The notes under the pieces: model-generated
The model's input: the letters and a program-made list of their open reading frames with translations, nothing else
Database searches by the model: none
What the model was told of the DNA's origin: nothing
Program-made: the position numbers and the translations under genes
From: Bacteriovoracaceae bacterium
GTDB taxonomy: Bacteria > Bdellovibrionota > Bacteriovoracia > Bacteriovoracales > Bacteriovoracaceae
DNA: 42,145 bases
NCBI GenBank assembly: GCA_965217035.1
Contig: OZ244226.1
Location: forward strand, 806,001 to 848,145
Direction: 5' to 3'
Part shown: positions 9,740 through 21,404 of the stretch, in pieces
How the letters are laid out: each line of letters starts with the position of its first letter
How positions within the stretch are numbered: the first letter of the stretch is position 1

Positions 9740-10663
9740 ATGAAAACTTTAATTCTTCTGTTTTTTATCTCGGGGCCCCTTTTTGCTGTCGACAAAAAAA
9801 TTGTTCTTGAACAACTCATGGGAATTCATGGCCCAAATTGGAGTGCTGTCGCTCAAGATGAGTCTGATTATAGAGAAATTAAAGAAACACTCTATCAAGT
9901 CATTTCAGGAGAACTAGATTTTGCTGATTATGGCTACACAGGGGATGCTACGACTGAAATCGTTCAGAGTGCAACTTCTGAATATGGAAACTTTGTCGCT
10001 TTAGACAGTAATGGAAAAATTATTCAACAAGACCGTGAACTTATCGAGAAATTAAAGTCTGATATTAATAGTGAATGGACATCACATGATGCTCTTGCCT
10101 ATTATGAACTTTTAAAGAATTCAGGAAGTGCGGAAGGTTTAGATCTATTATCAGAGAATCTCCTCGAAACAGAAAATCTTTCAACTCTTTATACCATCGG
10201 AAGATCTCTTCATCATGGACTTCAAGGAGAAGAAAATCAAAAAAAACCTCAAGATCTCGATCACTCTTATATAAGTTATTATCGTCCCAATCTCAAAAAT
10301 AATTGGAAGAAACGTCGGGGAGATTGGAAAGCAGTCTTAAAAAAAATTAACCAAAGAATTAAAATAGCTGAAGATATTGTTAAACAACGCTCTCAAGACA
10401 AAAACTTTCTTAATGCTTTTGGAAAACTAAGGTCTGATATCATAGAACTTTCTAAAGAAGATTCTGAAGAAAAAAGACAAGTTCTGATTCAAAAAGAAAT
10501 CGACACTTCAAATGGAGATAAAGTTCTCAAAAAAGATTCTAGACGAGAGATCTCAGGGATTGAAGAAGAAGAGGAAAAACAGGCTCAAAATAACTATTTA
10601 TGGCCTTTTATACTCTTTGCTTTTATCTTATTCTTTTTGATCAGAGCAGTAACTAGACGTTAA
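9740..10663 (+). CDS. Hypothetical exported protein with C-terminal membrane anchor
   Basis: Signal peptide (PLFA), helical body, charged linker, then hydrophobic helix and basic tail (YLWPFILFAFILFFLIRAVTRR). Confidence 0.75.
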   Translation: MKTLILLFFISGPLFAVDKKIVLEQLMGIHGPNWSAVAQDESDYREIKETLYQVISGELDFADYGYTGDATTEIVQSATSEYGNFVALDSNGKIIQQDRELIEKLKSDINSEWTSHDALAYYELLKNSGSAEGLDLLSENLLETENLSTLYTIGRSLHHGLQGEENQKKPQDLDHSYISYYRPNLKNNWKKRRGDWKAVLKKINQRIKIAEDIVKQRSQDKNFLNAFGKLRSDIIELSKEDSEEKRQVLIQKEIDTSNGDKVLKKDSRREISGIEEEEEKQAQNNYLWPFILFAFILFFLIRAVTRR

Positions 10664-11117
10664 GCTTAACTTCTTTCAACAAGTTTTTACAAGAATCTTC
10701 TAAAAGATCTATAACAAGCTTGAAGCCATCAGCTCCACCATAATATGGGTCAGGAACTTCTTGTCCTTTCTTATGAGACGAATAATCGAGCATCAATTGG
10801 ACCTTAGAATCAAACTCACCATCACCAAGAGCAATGATATTTTCTCTGTTTGATTTATCCATTGCAAGAATATAATCAAATTGAACGAGGTCTCTCTTCA
10901 TTATTTGTCGAGATTTGGATTCTAAATTATAGCCTCGAGCGGCTGCAACAGCTCGCATTCTTGAGTCAGCAGCCTCACCATTATGAAGTCCGTTTGTTCC
11001 TGCACTGTCTATTTTAATTTGTTCACTAAGTCCTTCTGCCTCAACCATTTTCCGAAAAATACCTTCCGCAGCAGGTGAACGACAGATATTTCCTAAACAA
11101 ACAAAAAGTACTTTCAT
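10653..11117 (-). CDS. Low-molecular-weight protein-tyrosine phosphatase
   Basis: VCLGNICRSP P-loop, DSAGT, VPDPYYG. Confidence 0.96.
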   Translation of the reverse strand: MKVLFVCLGNICRSPAAEGIFRKMVEAEGLSEQIKIDSAGTNGLHNGEAADSRMRAVAAARGYNLESKSRQIMKRDLVQFDYILAMDKSNRENIIALGDGEFDSKVQLMLDYSSHKKGQEVPDPYYGGADGFKLVIDLLEDSCKNLLKEVKLNV

Positions 11118-12340
11118 TTTTCAAGCTCCTTAATCGTTTTTACAAATTTATAAACAAAAGCTTGGAAGTATATTTCAGTCGCAGGTCCAGAAAATCCAGT
11201 ATGAATTTTATGAACCTTTCCCTGTCTATTGACAAAAATCATAGTGGGATAAGACAGATGATTTTCAAGGAAAGAGAGAATATCTAAAACTCCAACCTTA
11301 TCCTTATCATACGATCCAAGGTAAAATTTGTATTTCAATCCAAGTTTATCGATCTTTCTTTTTATATGCCCAATAGCTTCCTTTTTATTATTAGCTTTCT
11401 CAAAACCAATTGGTATAATTTCGATTTCTGTTGAAACTTTCTTTTTCCAAGCATTTAAGAACTTTGCTTCATCAAGACAATTGGGACACCAGCTTCCATA
11501 AATTTGAATAATATAAGGTTTTCCTTTAATGAGTGGATCTTCATGAGTAAACTTCTTCCCCTCCAAGTCCTCGACTTCAAACTTAACAACTCCATCACCT
11601 TTTACTTTAGTAAGCTTTTCAGGATCGGAAAGTTCGAAATTAATATCTTTAACGGCCATTAACTTCTTATTCCAAGTTTTTCCAGAATAAAGCATGAGAT
11701 TAAGTTTTTTATCTTTATATTCGCCTTTTAGAACAAATCCGAATTGCCCATCAAAGCCTTGCATATAAAGATTATTACCTTCGAATGTCCCCTCTAAAAA
11801 TCTATAATCTCCCGTTTCCGTAATGATAGTCCCTCGAACATAATTGAGTTCGACCTTAAAAAGGGCCATTCCTAATTTTTCGACTTTGTCATTTTTATCA
11901 AGAAACTGAACCTTCCACTTTCCTATAATTTCATTATTAGGTTTAGAACCAGGAGCAGTTTCTTCAAATTTTTGAACTTTAAATCCAGAAAGATCATATT
12001 TCTCAATTTTATCTTTTTTATTTTTGACCCAAGAACCTCTGAGTGAGTCTCCTTCAACTTTAAATTCAAGATGGTTTGGATAAATAGAAAGAGGAATTAC
12101 AAACTTGTCTCCCTCTATTCTAATTTCATCGATAGCAATTACCTCAACGGAATTTAGCAAGCGTCCTTTTCCATTGTCGATCTCCATTTTACTTGAAAGT
12201 GTACTGCCTTGAATGTCTATTTCAAGAACCCATTGCCCATTGAGATTTTTGATATCAGGACCGGACACACAACTTATAAAAAAAAGGAAACTAAGATTTT
12301 TTAAGGTATTTACAATCTTCTTTCTTATCACAAATCTCAC
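11114..12340 (-). CDS. TlpA/ResA-like thiol-disulfide oxidoreductase lipoprotein
   Basis: SWCPNC active site, SYPTMIF, HTGFSGPAT; lipobox-like FISC; start moved to the GTG at 12340, which follows a GGAG SD (ORF track starts at 12376). Confidence 0.82.
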   Translation of the reverse strand: MRFVIRKKIVNTLKNLSFLFFISCVSGPDIKNLNGQWVLEIDIQGSTLSSKMEIDNGKGRLLNSVEVIAIDEIRIEGDKFVIPLSIYPNHLEFKVEGDSLRGSWVKNKKDKIEKYDLSGFKVQKFEETAPGSKPNNEIIGKWKVQFLDKNDKVEKLGMALFKVELNYVRGTIITETGDYRFLEGTFEGNNLYMQGFDGQFGFVLKGEYKDKKLNLMLYSGKTWNKKLMAVKDINFELSDPEKLTKVKGDGVVKFEVEDLEGKKFTHEDPLIKGKPYIIQIYGSWCPNCLDEAKFLNAWKKKVSTEIEIIPIGFEKANNKKEAIGHIKRKIDKLGLKYKFYLGSYDKDKVGVLDILSFLENHLSYPTMIFVNRQGKVHKIHTGFSGPATEIYFQAFVYKFVKTIKELEK

Positions 12341-12473
12341 AGGCACTCCTTCCGAAGAGAGCATTAAGTCCACCACAACTTCCTTTTAAAACTTTTCCTT
12401 GAATGATGAATCCAATGGCCATTCCTAGAAAGACCAAGCAGAAAACACCAAGGGTGATGAGCATTGTATTCAT
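12291..12473 (-). CDS. nqrM: Na+-NQR maturation protein NqrM
   Basis: TM, then MAIG...LKGSCGGL and CEIC; directly downstream of apbE. Confidence 0.9.
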   Translation of the reverse strand: MNTMLITLGVFCLVFLGMAIGFIIQGKVLKGSCGGLNALFGRSACEICDKKEDCKYLKKS

Positions 12474-12499
12474 AGAGGTTTAAATTAGCATAAAGAGAC

Positions 12500-13516
12500 T
12501 TAAAAGGGTACCTCTGTAAGCTCTCCTTCCTTAGACACTAGAAGAAAACCTGAAACCCCTGCTAAAGGAGGCATAGAAAAGAGGAGATTCTCTCCTCCGA
12601 CCATAAGCGCCGTAGCAAGAGCATCGGCATCCATACAGCTTTTCGCAAAAACAGTAACGGCAACAACCGGAACTTCTGCAGGAAGTCCCGTTTTCGGATT
12701 AATTGTATGACTAATCCGCTTTCCATTTCTCTTATAAAAGTTTCGATAGTCACCTGAACTTGCAACACAGAGATCCTTCAGATCAATTGATTTTTGGAGA
12801 ACAATCTTTTGTTCATAATTAGGTTTCTCAATCCCAACCTTCCAAGGCTTTTTCTTATAAGGATCTTTCAACCCTCCAGCCTTGACCTCTCCGCCAATCT
12901 CGACAAGATAGTGAGGAGTCATTTCAGAAATAAGACTTGAAACAACATCAACTCCATAACCTTTCGCAATAGCAGAGAGATTAAGAGCAACCCTGGGTTC
13001 AATTTTTCTTAAAGTATTATTTTTTTCTAACTTAATAAGTTTTAACCCAACGTTTTTCATTGCACGAAAAATGTCTTCTTTTTTCGGGGTTGATTCTTTT
13101 CGTCCTTCATGGCCGAACCCCCACAAATTAATTAAAGGTGAAACGGTTGGATCGAAGAGTCCCCAAGTAAGATAATAAAAGCGCATCGATTGTTTCAAAA
13201 CTCGATAAAAATCTTCGCTAACTTTGAACTCATTAGAACTTTTATGTTGATTAAAACGGCTAATCTCAGAGTCCGATATATAAGTCGACATCTGTCGATT
13301 GATTTCAATAAGCAATTTATCGACTTTCTTCTTAATCTCATCGACATCAACAGCTTGATTATGCGAAAATTTGATCGTATAAGTTGTTCCCATCGTTTTT
13401 CCAGAAAACTCTCTTAGTTGATAACCTTGAAGACGATAAAGTCTATGGCCAACAATAAAAACACTGGCAACCAAAACCCCTAAAAAAATTCTTTGGATCA
13501 ACTCTTTTTTTGACAT
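12500..13516 (-). CDS. apbE: FAD:protein FMN transferase ApbE
   Basis: GKTMGTTY, SEISRFN, LSAIAKGYGVD, VEIGGE, ASSGDYRN, SHTINPKTG and ADALATA. Confidence 0.96.
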   Translation of the reverse strand: MSKKELIQRIFLGVLVASVFIVGHRLYRLQGYQLREFSGKTMGTTYTIKFSHNQAVDVDEIKKKVDKLLIEINRQMSTYISDSEISRFNQHKSSNEFKVSEDFYRVLKQSMRFYYLTWGLFDPTVSPLINLWGFGHEGRKESTPKKEDIFRAMKNVGLKLIKLEKNNTLRKIEPRVALNLSAIAKGYGVDVVSSLISEMTPHYLVEIGGEVKAGGLKDPYKKKPWKVGIEKPNYEQKIVLQKSIDLKDLCVASSGDYRNFYKRNGKRISHTINPKTGLPAEVPVVAVTVFAKSCMDADALATALMVGGENLLFSMPPLAGVSGFLLVSKEGELTEVPF

Positions 13517-13537
13517 AATTTGTTATTATTCTATCAT
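13510..13537 (+). promoter_or_regulatory. sigma70-type promoter for the GNAT gene
   Basis: TTGACA (13510-15), 16 nt, TATCAT (13532-37); 7 nt before ATG 13545. Confidence 0.6.
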
Positions 13538-13544
13538 CTCTTCT

Positions 13545-14027
13545 ATGGATATTACCATTAGAGAAATAAAGAAGAAGGATAACTCTCAAGTCAAAAACTT
13601 GATTGAGATTGTCATGACTGAATTTGGAGCCGTTGGTGAAGGATTTTCTATTGTAGATCCTGAAGTCAAAAATATGTATGAAGCTTATAAAGACGATCGT
13701 TCTATTTATTATGTTCTTGAAAAAAACAAAGAAATAGTTGGAGGCGCAGGTATTTCTCATCTCGTAGGAACTTCCTCTCAAATTTGTGAACTCAAAAAGA
13801 TGTACTTTCTTCCAAACATACGAGGAAAAGGTCTTAGCAGTCAGTTAATAACTCTTTGCCTAGATTTTGCAAAAAACTCAAACTACAAAGTTTGTTATCT
13901 TGAAACTCTAGAAGTAATGAAAGCTGCAAACTCGCTATACCAAAAATTTAATTTCAAAAGACTCAAAGCACCTCTAGGCTCAACAGGACATCATGGTTGT
14001 AATTATTGGTATTCAAGAGAAATTTAA
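13545..14027 (+). CDS. GNAT N-acetyltransferase (YjgM-like)
   Basis: CELKKMYFLPNIRGKGLS, CYLET, LYQKFNF, GSTGHHGC. Confidence 0.9.
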   Translation: MDITIREIKKKDNSQVKNLIEIVMTEFGAVGEGFSIVDPEVKNMYEAYKDDRSIYYVLEKNKEIVGGAGISHLVGTSSQICELKKMYFLPNIRGKGLSSQLITLCLDFAKNSNYKVCYLETLEVMKAANSLYQKFNFKRLKAPLGSTGHHGCNYWYSREI

Positions 14028-14235
14028 AAATCTGTAAAGATCGATTATTTTTTTCCTCCCAATGAAAAGTTTTTAGTAAAAAATAGCCACTTAATGTTGG
14101 CACTTTTTAAATGAACAATATTCAGTCTTTCTTCCCTAGGTTATTAATTTTACTAAAGAAATCTCTTTATTCATACGATTAAAACTAAGAAAAGGAATTG
14201 AGGTCTAAAATAAAAGCTATAGCGAGGGTATTTTT

Positions 14236-15093
14236 ATGAAATTTCTATTAATTATTTTATTATTTCAATTTTATTCATGTTCTCAAGAAGTTCGTGAAGG
14301 ATCACAAGTTTTTGCTGAATCGTCTTCTTCTACCCAGACAACACAGCAACAAAGCGATGATCCTATAGATGAAGGGCCAACACCTATTCTTTTTGATAAT
14401 ATTTCAGTCGACAATCTTGCTTTTGATTCAGTAACACTAAGCTGGGATACGAATGTTCAAACAAGGTCTTGGATTGAATTTGGAGAGACTCCTGACCTAG
14501 GTGAATTTCTATCTGATGATTTGGATAATTATTTTCTTGAACATTCACTACAGGTTAATGACTTAGAAGCAAATACAATGTATTACTTCAGAATTGGAAC
14601 AGAAGATCTCGGAGGAATTCGCGAATATTCTCAAGTTTTGTCATTTAAAACAGAAGCAATTCGTATATCGGTAGAATGCTCGAGGCAAAACCCATCTCTG
14701 TCAATTGTTACAAATCAACCTATCATTACAATTCCAGGAGGATCTTCAACTGTGCAAGTGACTCTTAGAAATAATAATTTAAATTGTGACCCAGCTACAT
14801 ACAATTTTAATTATATAAATATGCCAAATATGATTAATTCTATCGTCGCAAACAAAACACTTAATTCAGGAGAAAGTATTACGTTTAATATTACTTTCAC
14901 AACACGTTCTACTCTAGCTCCAAATCTTTACATGCTAAATTTACAAACAACTGATATAGAAGATTCTCAAAGATCAGTCCTTACAAGCTTTAAATTCTTG
15001 GTTCAAAATATCATTTTAATAGATCCGCTCGATGGTCCTTTTCAAATAGATGATTCATTCCAAGCTCCAGCAGAGCTACAAGATCAAAACTAA
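14236..15093 (+). CDS. Lipoprotein with FN3/purple-acid-phosphatase-N-like and Ig-like domains
   Basis: Lipobox FYSC; S/T/Q linker; VTLSWDTN...IEFGET...HSLQVNDLEANTMYYFRI pattern; beta-rich C-terminus. Confidence 0.7.
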   Translation: MKFLLIILLFQFYSCSQEVREGSQVFAESSSSTQTTQQQSDDPIDEGPTPILFDNISVDNLAFDSVTLSWDTNVQTRSWIEFGETPDLGEFLSDDLDNYFLEHSLQVNDLEANTMYYFRIGTEDLGGIREYSQVLSFKTEAIRISVECSRQNPSLSIVTNQPIITIPGGSSTVQVTLRNNNLNCDPATYNFNYINMPNMINSIVANKTLNSGESITFNITFTTRSTLAPNLYMLNLQTTDIEDSQRSVLTSFKFLVQNIILIDPLDGPFQIDDSFQAPAELQDQN

Positions 15094-15103
15094 AATAAGA
15101 AAA

Positions 15104-15135
15104 CAGAGACTGAGAATAAAAATTCAAAGTCTCTG
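15104..15135 (-). terminator. Candidate terminator between convergent genes (nqr operon end)
   Basis: CAGAGACT...AGTCTCTG stem, followed on the minus strand by TTTTCTT. Confidence 0.4.
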
Positions 15136-15324
15136 AAATATCTCTATGATTTAAACAAGCGGAAAGAAGAAATATAAGACGAGAACTGCAGAAACAATAC
15201 AAATAGTGTCAATTTTTTTCAAAATCAAGACTTCCTTTCAAATATCCTTGATCATAAAAAGTTCTATCAAAGGATCTAAATCGATTCCTTAATCCCTAAA
15301 CGAGTGCATTCAGATCTTTAGCTT

Positions 15325-16554
15325 CTAACCGCCAAAATCATCAAGTGCAATATTCTCACGTTCAACTCCTAAATCAAGAAGCATATCAATCACACATTGA
15401 TTCATGATTGGTGGTCCACAAAGATAGTACTCACAATCTTCTGGAGCAGGATGATCTTTTAAGTAATTATCTAAGAGAACTTGGTGAATGAACCCTCGAT
15501 ATCCATCCCAATCGTCATCTGGGAGAGGATCAGAAAGAGCACAATGCCAGGTGAAGTTTTCATTTTCTTTTTGAATCGTATCGAAATCATCAACATAGAA
15601 CATTTCTTTAACTGAACGAGCTCCATACCAAAAAGAAACTTTTCTATCGGTTTTAATTCTTCTGAACTGATCAAAGATATGGGATCTCATTGGGGCCATA
15701 CCAGCTCCACCACCAACGAAAATCATTTCAGCTTCGGTTTCTTTTGCAAAGAATTCTCCATATGGACCAGAGATAGTGACTTCATCTCCTGGTTTCAGGT
15801 TAAAAATATAAGACGACATTTTTCCAGGAGGAATTCCTTCCGGACCTCTTGGAGGGGGGGAAGCAATCCGCACATTAAGCATAATGATTCCTTCCTCTTC
15901 TGGATAGTTTGCCATCGAATAAGCCCGAATCGTTTCTTCTTTGACAACAGACTTATATTTCCACATATTGAACTGATCCCAGTCAGCTCTATACTCTTCA
16001 CCGATATCAAAGTCTTTATAATCCGCTGTATGAGGTGGGCATTCAATCTGAATATAACCACCAGCTCTAAACGGAACCGACTCACCTGCTGGAAGCTCAA
16101 GGACAAGTTCTTTAATAAAAGTCGCAACATTATCGTTCGAACGAACTTTACATTGCCATTTTTTAACACCAAAGAACTCTGGTTCAACTTCAATCTTCAT
16201 GTCTTGCTTACAAGTAACCTGACATGAAAGTCTTAAACCTTCTTTCGCTTCTCTATTATTAATATGAGATTTTTCAGTAGGAAGAATATCACCACCACCT
16301 TCGAGAACTCTTACAGTGCACTGACCACAAGTTCCCCCTCCACCACAAGCAGAAGAAAGAAAGATTTTTTCATCGGCAAGAGCGTTGAGCAACTTTCCAC
16401 CAGCACTAATTTTAATCGCTTTATCTGGATCATCATTAATGCCAATTGTAATCTCCCCTGTGTTTACAAGCCTTGATCTTGCAACAAGAATCAACCCCAC
16501 CAATGCGAGGATAACAACCGTAAACATTCCAACGCCGAAATATACTTCTATCAT
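15325..16554 (-). CDS. nqrF: Na+-NQR subunit F
   Basis: 2Fe-2S motif [12 protein letters not shown]...[19 protein letters not shown] and YLCGPP; start MIEVYFG overlaps the nqrE stop (ATGA). Confidence 0.98.
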   Translation of the reverse strand: MIEVYFGVGMFTVVILALVGLILVARSRLVNTGEITIGINDDPDKAIKISAGGKLLNALADEKIFLSSACGGGGTCGQCTVRVLEGGGDILPTEKSHINNREAKEGLRLSCQVTCKQDMKIEVEPEFFGVKKWQCKVRSNDNVATFIKELVLELPAGESVPFRAGGYIQIECPPHTADYKDFDIGEEYRADWDQFNMWKYKSVVKEETIRAYSMANYPEEEGIIMLNVRIASPPPRGPEGIPPGKMSSYIFNLKPGDEVTISGPYGEFFAKETEAEMIFVGGGAGMAPMRSHIFDQFRRIKTDRKVSFWYGARSVKEMFYVDDFDTIQKENENFTWHCALSDPLPDDDWDGYRGFIHQVLLDNYLKDHPAPEDCEYYLCGPPIMNQCVIDMLLDLGVERENIALDDFGG

Positions 16555-17159
16555 AACTGGATTCCTCCGAAGCACATGAACACGATGGCCATCAAGCCAA
16601 CTGTAATAAACGTAATTCCTAACCCTCTTAATCCTGGAGGTACGTCACTATAACTGAGTCGCTCTCTGATTCCTGCAAGCGCAGCAATCGCGATTGCCCA
16701 ACCAATCCCTGAACCAATTCCGTAAGTCACTGATTCAGCGAAGTTATAGTCCCGCTCAACCATGAAAAGAGACCCTCCTAGAATAGCACAATTTACTGTG
16801 ATCAAAGGGAGGAAGATACCAAGCGTGTTATACAAAGCTGGTGCAAATTTATCGAGTACCATCTCAAGAATTTGAACCATTGCCGCTATCACCCCGATAT
16901 AACTAATAAGCCCAAGAAATGACAAATCGACATCTGGGTATCCTGCCCAAGTAAGGGCACCAGGTTTTAAAAGATATGTATAAATGAGATTATTAGCCGG
17001 AATCGTAATTGATTGAACAACAATAACGGCAAGTCCTAGGCCGAGTGAAGTTTGAACCTTTTTTGAAACCGCTAAGAATGTACACATTCCAAGGAAGAAA
17101 CTTAAGGCAAGGTTCTCAATGAAGACGGCCTTAATAATAATATTAAGATAATGTTCCAT
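16551..17159 (-). CDS. nqrE: Na+-NQR subunit E
   Basis: [25 protein letters not shown] and [12 protein letters not shown]. Confidence 0.98.
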   Translation of the reverse strand: MEHYLNIIIKAVFIENLALSFFLGMCTFLAVSKKVQTSLGLGLAVIVVQSITIPANNLIYTYLLKPGALTWAGYPDVDLSFLGLISYIGVIAAMVQILEMVLDKFAPALYNTLGIFLPLITVNCAILGGSLFMVERDYNFAESVTYGIGSGIGWAIAIAALAGIRERLSYSDVPPGLRGLGITFITVGLMAIVFMCFGGIQL

Positions 17160-17779
17160 TAGTTCGTCTCCTCAATTTGGCCAGGATCTTTTATTCGAAT
17201 CAGCCAGATAATAAAACCAATAATAAAAAATGCACTTGGAGGTAATAGCATCATTCCGTTTGCTTGATACCATCCCCCGTCTTTCACAAGCGGAAGAATC
17301 GTATACCCAAGAAGCTTTCCGGAACCTAAAAGCTCTCTAAGCCCACCAACGACAATCAAAATAAAGGAGTAACCGATTCCATTCCCTACACCATCGATAA
17401 AGCTTGCAACTGGCCCACTTTTCATCGCAAAACCTTCTGTTCGTCCCATAACGATACAATTAGTAATAATGAGACCAACATAAGCAGCTAAGGCTTTTGA
17501 TTCCTCGTACAAATAAGCTTTCATAAACTGATCGGCTATAATCACCATCGAAGCAATGATAGTCATTTGAACGATGATCCGAATACTTCCTGGAATATGA
17601 TTTCGAATTAAACTCACGAAAAAAGAAGAGAAAGCACAGACTGCAATAACAGCAGCACACATAACGAGAACGTTTTGCAATTGAACAGTTACCGCCAAGG
17701 CTGAACAAATCCCTAAGATCTGTAAAGCAATCGGGTTATTCTTAACAAGAGGATTAAAAAGTAATTCTTTGATCTTCAT
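17159..17779 (-). CDS. nqrD: Na+-NQR subunit D
   Basis: [30 protein letters not shown] and LLPPSAFF. Confidence 0.98.
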   Translation of the reverse strand: MKIKELLFNPLVKNNPIALQILGICSALAVTVQLQNVLVMCAAVIAVCAFSSFFVSLIRNHIPGSIRIIVQMTIIASMVIIADQFMKAYLYEESKALAAYVGLIITNCIVMGRTEGFAMKSGPVASFIDGVGNGIGYSFILIVVGGLRELLGSGKLLGYTILPLVKDGGWYQANGMMLLPPSAFFIIGFIIWLIRIKDPGQIEETN

Positions 17780-18528
17780 TAAAAGTTCCCCCCTCTAATA
17801 TTACTGAGAAGTTTTCCGTAAGCATGATCGCTCATCCAATAATTGGTAGAAGTTTGGACTCCATTCCCTGTAATTGTTGCGCCAGCAAGAGCATCCACCT
17901 CATGAACACTTCCAGTATTATTTTTTGACACTTTAAAAGCAGGCTTCCCACTTTCATCATAAACTTTTTTTCCGATCCACTGAGCTTTCCATTTCGGATT
18001 TTCAACTTCGCCACCCAGACCTGCTGTCTCCCCTTGCTTGTAATATCCAAAACCTGCAATAGTATTTGTATCACTTTCTAGCGCAAGGAACCCGTACATC
18101 GTCGACCAAAGACCCTTTCCTTTAACTGGTAAAATTACACTTTTTACAGATCCTGATTCATCTCTCGTAAGATAAATCTCAGCATATTTCGCTCGTTTAG
18201 AAAGACCTGCAATATCCAGTTCAGCAGGAATTTTTACTGAAGTTTCAGGGTCTCTTTCTGCTTTTTCCATATCGTAAGAAGCAGGATCCACATCAACCTT
18301 CTCTCCCGTTTCAAAATCAACGACTACAGTTTCTATTTGTTTAAAAAGTTCTTCAATATCTCCACCTTCTTGCATTAAACCAGCAGCCTCTAAGATATTT
18401 TTCTTCATATCCAAGTCTTGATTTCTTAGTTGAGTGGGTTTTAATTGAACCGCCGTACTTGAAACCATAATGGAACAAACAACACAAAGGACAAAAGCAA
18501 CTACGACTGTTTTAACTGGGCTCATCAT
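17779..18528 (-). CDS. nqrC: Na+-NQR subunit C
   Basis: [19 protein letters not shown] and FMN attachment motif DALAGAT. Confidence 0.97.
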   Translation of the reverse strand: MMSPVKTVVVAFVLCVVCSIMVSSTAVQLKPTQLRNQDLDMKKNILEAAGLMQEGGDIEELFKQIETVVVDFETGEKVDVDPASYDMEKAERDPETSVKIPAELDIAGLSKRAKYAEIYLTRDESGSVKSVILPVKGKGLWSTMYGFLALESDTNTIAGFGYYKQGETAGLGGEVENPKWKAQWIGKKVYDESGKPAFKVSKNNTGSVHEVDALAGATITGNGVQTSTNYWMSDHAYGKLLSNIRGGNF

Positions 18529-19727
18529 TAACTCCTTGCTAACCGTCGTTTAATGTTTGCATTCACAACAAAGTAATCAATCAATGGTGCAAACGTATTC
18601 ATAAAGAGGATTGCTAACATCCAACCTTCTGGATAAGCAGGGTTGATACTTCTAATTAAAAGTCCAAGAACTCCAATACAAAAGCCATATACCCAGCGTC
18701 CCTTATTTGTCATTGTAGCCGTCACAGGATCTGTCGCCATAAAGACAGTTGCGAAAGCAAAACTTCCAATCACAAAATGCCATTCCCAAGGGACTGAGTA
18801 CATTGGATTCTCTCCACCTGAAGAACTCAGAAGAACTGACATAAAAATCATTCCGACCACACAAGAAAGCATGATTCGCCAAGATCCAATTCCAGTCATT
18901 ATTAAAAAGACAGCTCCAAAGAGACAAGCAGCTGTTGAAGTCTCTCCCATCGATCCAGGGATAAATCCCCAGAAAGCATCCCACCAATTAGTATTTGCTG
19001 CGAGTGATTCGATCCCTCCCAGTGCAGCCTGACCAAGAGCTGTTGCTCCCGTGTAACCATCAACGGCCGTCCATACTGCATCCCCTGAAATTTGAGCAGG
19101 GTACGCAAAAAAGAGAAAGACTCTTGAAGAAAGAGCGACATTTAAAATATTTTTCCCTGTTCCTCCAAAAACTTCCTTCGCGAGGACAACACCAAAAGTG
19201 ATTCCCACAGCAACCTGCCAAAGCGGGATAGTAGGTGGAAGTGTTAATGGAAAAAGCATTCCGGTTACAAGGAACCCTTCATTAATTTCGTGTTTTCTAA
19301 CAGTTGCAAAAAGAGCTTCCCAGAATCCCCCTACAATATTCGTAACTAGAAAAATAGGAATAAAGAAAAGAGCTCCGTAAACAAAACTAGAAATATAGTT
19401 CGTTGATCCCCATCCAAGCCCAAAAGCATTGATGATATCGGCTCTCCAACCAGTGGCTTCAATTCCACTTGCCTCAAGAGCCAGATTTGCTTGAAGACCT
19501 GTATTATACATGGCCATTAAAATACAAGGGCCTAGAGCCCAAGCCACACTCATCATGAGTCTTTTAAGATCAAGGTTATCTCTTACATGAATAGCACCAG
19601 TCGTTGTTTCTCGAGGAGTAAAAAGAAAAGTGTCAATCATCTCGTAGAGAGGATAAAACTTTTCAAGCTTTCCACCTTTATCAAATAACTTATGCTGACT
19701 TTCAATTGCATCTTTTAAGAACTTCAT
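18528..19727 (-). CDS. nqrB: Na+-NQR subunit B
   Basis: [23 protein letters not shown] site DGYTGAT, FMATDPV and PAYPEG. Confidence 0.98.
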   Translation of the reverse strand: MKFLKDAIESQHKLFDKGGKLEKFYPLYEMIDTFLFTPRETTTGAIHVRDNLDLKRLMMSVAWALGPCILMAMYNTGLQANLALEASGIEATGWRADIINAFGLGWGSTNYISSFVYGALFFIPIFLVTNIVGGFWEALFATVRKHEINEGFLVTGMLFPLTLPPTIPLWQVAVGITFGVVLAKEVFGGTGKNILNVALSSRVFLFFAYPAQISGDAVWTAVDGYTGATALGQAALGGIESLAANTNWWDAFWGFIPGSMGETSTAACLFGAVFLIMTGIGSWRIMLSCVVGMIFMSVLLSSSGGENPMYSVPWEWHFVIGSFAFATVFMATDPVTATMTNKGRWVYGFCIGVLGLLIRSINPAYPEGWMLAILFMNTFAPLIDYFVVNANIKRRLARS

Positions 19728-19729
19728 CT

Positions 19730-21052
19730 CTAACCGTCCTTCTCAATTTTTTCTAACACTGAACGAAGATCAACTCCGAAATCATCTTTACCTGGATCGA
19801 CAAAAGAACAAAGAGCAAGATCTTCTTCTGAAAGCTCTAGGGCTCCAAGTTTTTGAGCTTGATCAGTATCCCCTGCTTTTAAAGAACGAAGCAGATAAGT
19901 AGCAAGAATATCCAGAGGCATGACCTTCTCATAGGATCCTACTGGAACAATCGCTCGATCACTTCCATTCTTATTAGTTGTAAAATTAAATAATTTCTTC
20001 GGTAGCCAAGCACTCGCGAATGCTCTTTGAACTGAATACTTACTTAGACCCGGCATATGCCATCCTAAGAATTCTCTTTCAGCATCATCTTTTAAAACCG
20101 CGACACCATTATGAAATCTTCCAAGATAATTAAAAGGTCCTTTCGCTGTACGGCCATTTAAAAGAGATCCAGCTACAAAACGAACACTTTCATAATCATA
20201 AGCTTCGCCTGAGAATGTTTCTGTAATTTCTGTTCCTCTTCGAACCTTAATAATTCGAGGAGTTCTCACACTAGGACCTGCTAAGGAAACATAACGATCC
20301 GTAAGTAAAGTATTGTGTTTTACTAAATGCCCTATCGCTATAACATCTTGAAAACCAATATACCAAGCAGGTTTATTCGCACTAACAGGTGCAATAAAAT
20401 GAATATGAGTTCCGGCTAAACCAGACGGATGAGGCCCAATAAAAACCTTATGCTCTAAGTTATCAATTTGTGGAGTATCGTTTTGAAATTTATCATCAGT
20501 GCAAAGATAAGTTTTTCCTTTCGTAAGGCTTGCTATGACCTTAAGCCCTGAATGAAAAAGATCTTTATTGTTGTTATAATTAATGATTGCATTCACTGAA
20601 GGAGCAAGAGGGTTAGAATCCATCGCAGTCACAAAAATCGCATCAACTTCTCTCGAGGGATCAGCAACTTTATCAAACGGTCTTTCTCTTAAAGCTGTCC
20701 ACTCTCCTGATTGTAATAAGAGTTCTTTCGTACTGTTAGCAGAAAAAGAAGTCGTTGCTTCTCCATCATTAGAAATAACAATCGATTGAAAAACTCTTTT
20801 TGCTCCACGATTAACTTCTAAAACTTCGCCATCAGCAGGAGAAGTGTAAATGACACCTTCCACTTTTTTATCGGTAAACAAAACATCACCGATTTTAACT
20901 TTATCACCAACTTGAACTTTCATTGTTGGTTTCATTCCAACAAAATCAGCACCAATGACGGCAATTTTTTTGGGTTTTTTGTCGTAAGAGACAATTTCAT
21001 TGTTGGGGGCACCCGCGATAGGAATATCGAGCCCACGTTTGATTCGAATCAT
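19730..21052 (-). CDS. nqrA: Na+-NQR subunit A
   Basis: [29 protein letters not shown] and [18 protein letters not shown]. Confidence 0.97.
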   Translation of the reverse strand: MIRIKRGLDIPIAGAPNNEIVSYDKKPKKIAVIGADFVGMKPTMKVQVGDKVKIGDVLFTDKKVEGVIYTSPADGEVLEVNRGAKRVFQSIVISNDGEATTSFSANSTKELLLQSGEWTALRERPFDKVADPSREVDAIFVTAMDSNPLAPSVNAIINYNNNKDLFHSGLKVIASLTKGKTYLCTDDKFQNDTPQIDNLEHKVFIGPHPSGLAGTHIHFIAPVSANKPAWYIGFQDVIAIGHLVKHNTLLTDRYVSLAGPSVRTPRIIKVRRGTEITETFSGEAYDYESVRFVAGSLLNGRTAKGPFNYLGRFHNGVAVLKDDAEREFLGWHMPGLSKYSVQRAFASAWLPKKLFNFTTNKNGSDRAIVPVGSYEKVMPLDILATYLLRSLKAGDTDQAQKLGALELSEEDLALCSFVDPGKDDFGVDLRSVLEKIEKDG

Positions 21053-21125
21053 AGTAACGTACCTACAGCTTTATAAAGTTATGAAATCTAGCCTAAGATA
21101 CCTTATTTGTTACGATTTATGAATT

Positions 21126-21404
21126 CTAAAGCGATTTTTCTAGTTTCTGCATCTCTTGAATTTTTTGTCTAAGAAGTTCCTTTAACGCCGCTCGGACAGG
21201 AATCTCAAGATCCTCATCTGAGCTCCCAGTTTGGGAGATTACCATCCCATAGAGCTTTGCAGTCTCTTCGGTCACCGTAAGAACGATTTTATGCTCTGAA
21301 ATATAGTCGTCTATTAAATCTCGAACTAAACCACATACATTTAGTCCTTGTGATGTCAGGTTCTCATATTGATCTTTTCTAATATTCACGCTGATTCTTT
21401 TCAT
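21126..21404 (-). CDS. Putative ribbon-helix-helix DNA-binding protein (possibly two RHH units)
   Basis: MKRISVNI strand then helix-turn-helix (GLNVCGLVRDLIDDY); second unit HKIVLTV...VRAALKELL; start at a TAATG overlap. Confidence 0.55.
   Translation of the reverse strand: MKRISVNIRKDQYENLTSQGLNVCGLVRDLIDDYISEHKIVLTVTEETAKLYGMVISQTGSSDEDLEIPVRAALKELLRQKIQEMQKLEKSL

Noticed and set aside
14097..14113. sigma54 promoter (TTGGCAC) upstream of the FN3 lipoprotein
   Set aside because: The -12 TTGC element is missing at the required spacing.
15679..16227. 182-aa + strand ORF and the other short ORFs overlapping nqr, maeB, URC and dinG
   Set aside because: Antisense or alternate-frame shadows of well-conserved genes with no motifs of their own.
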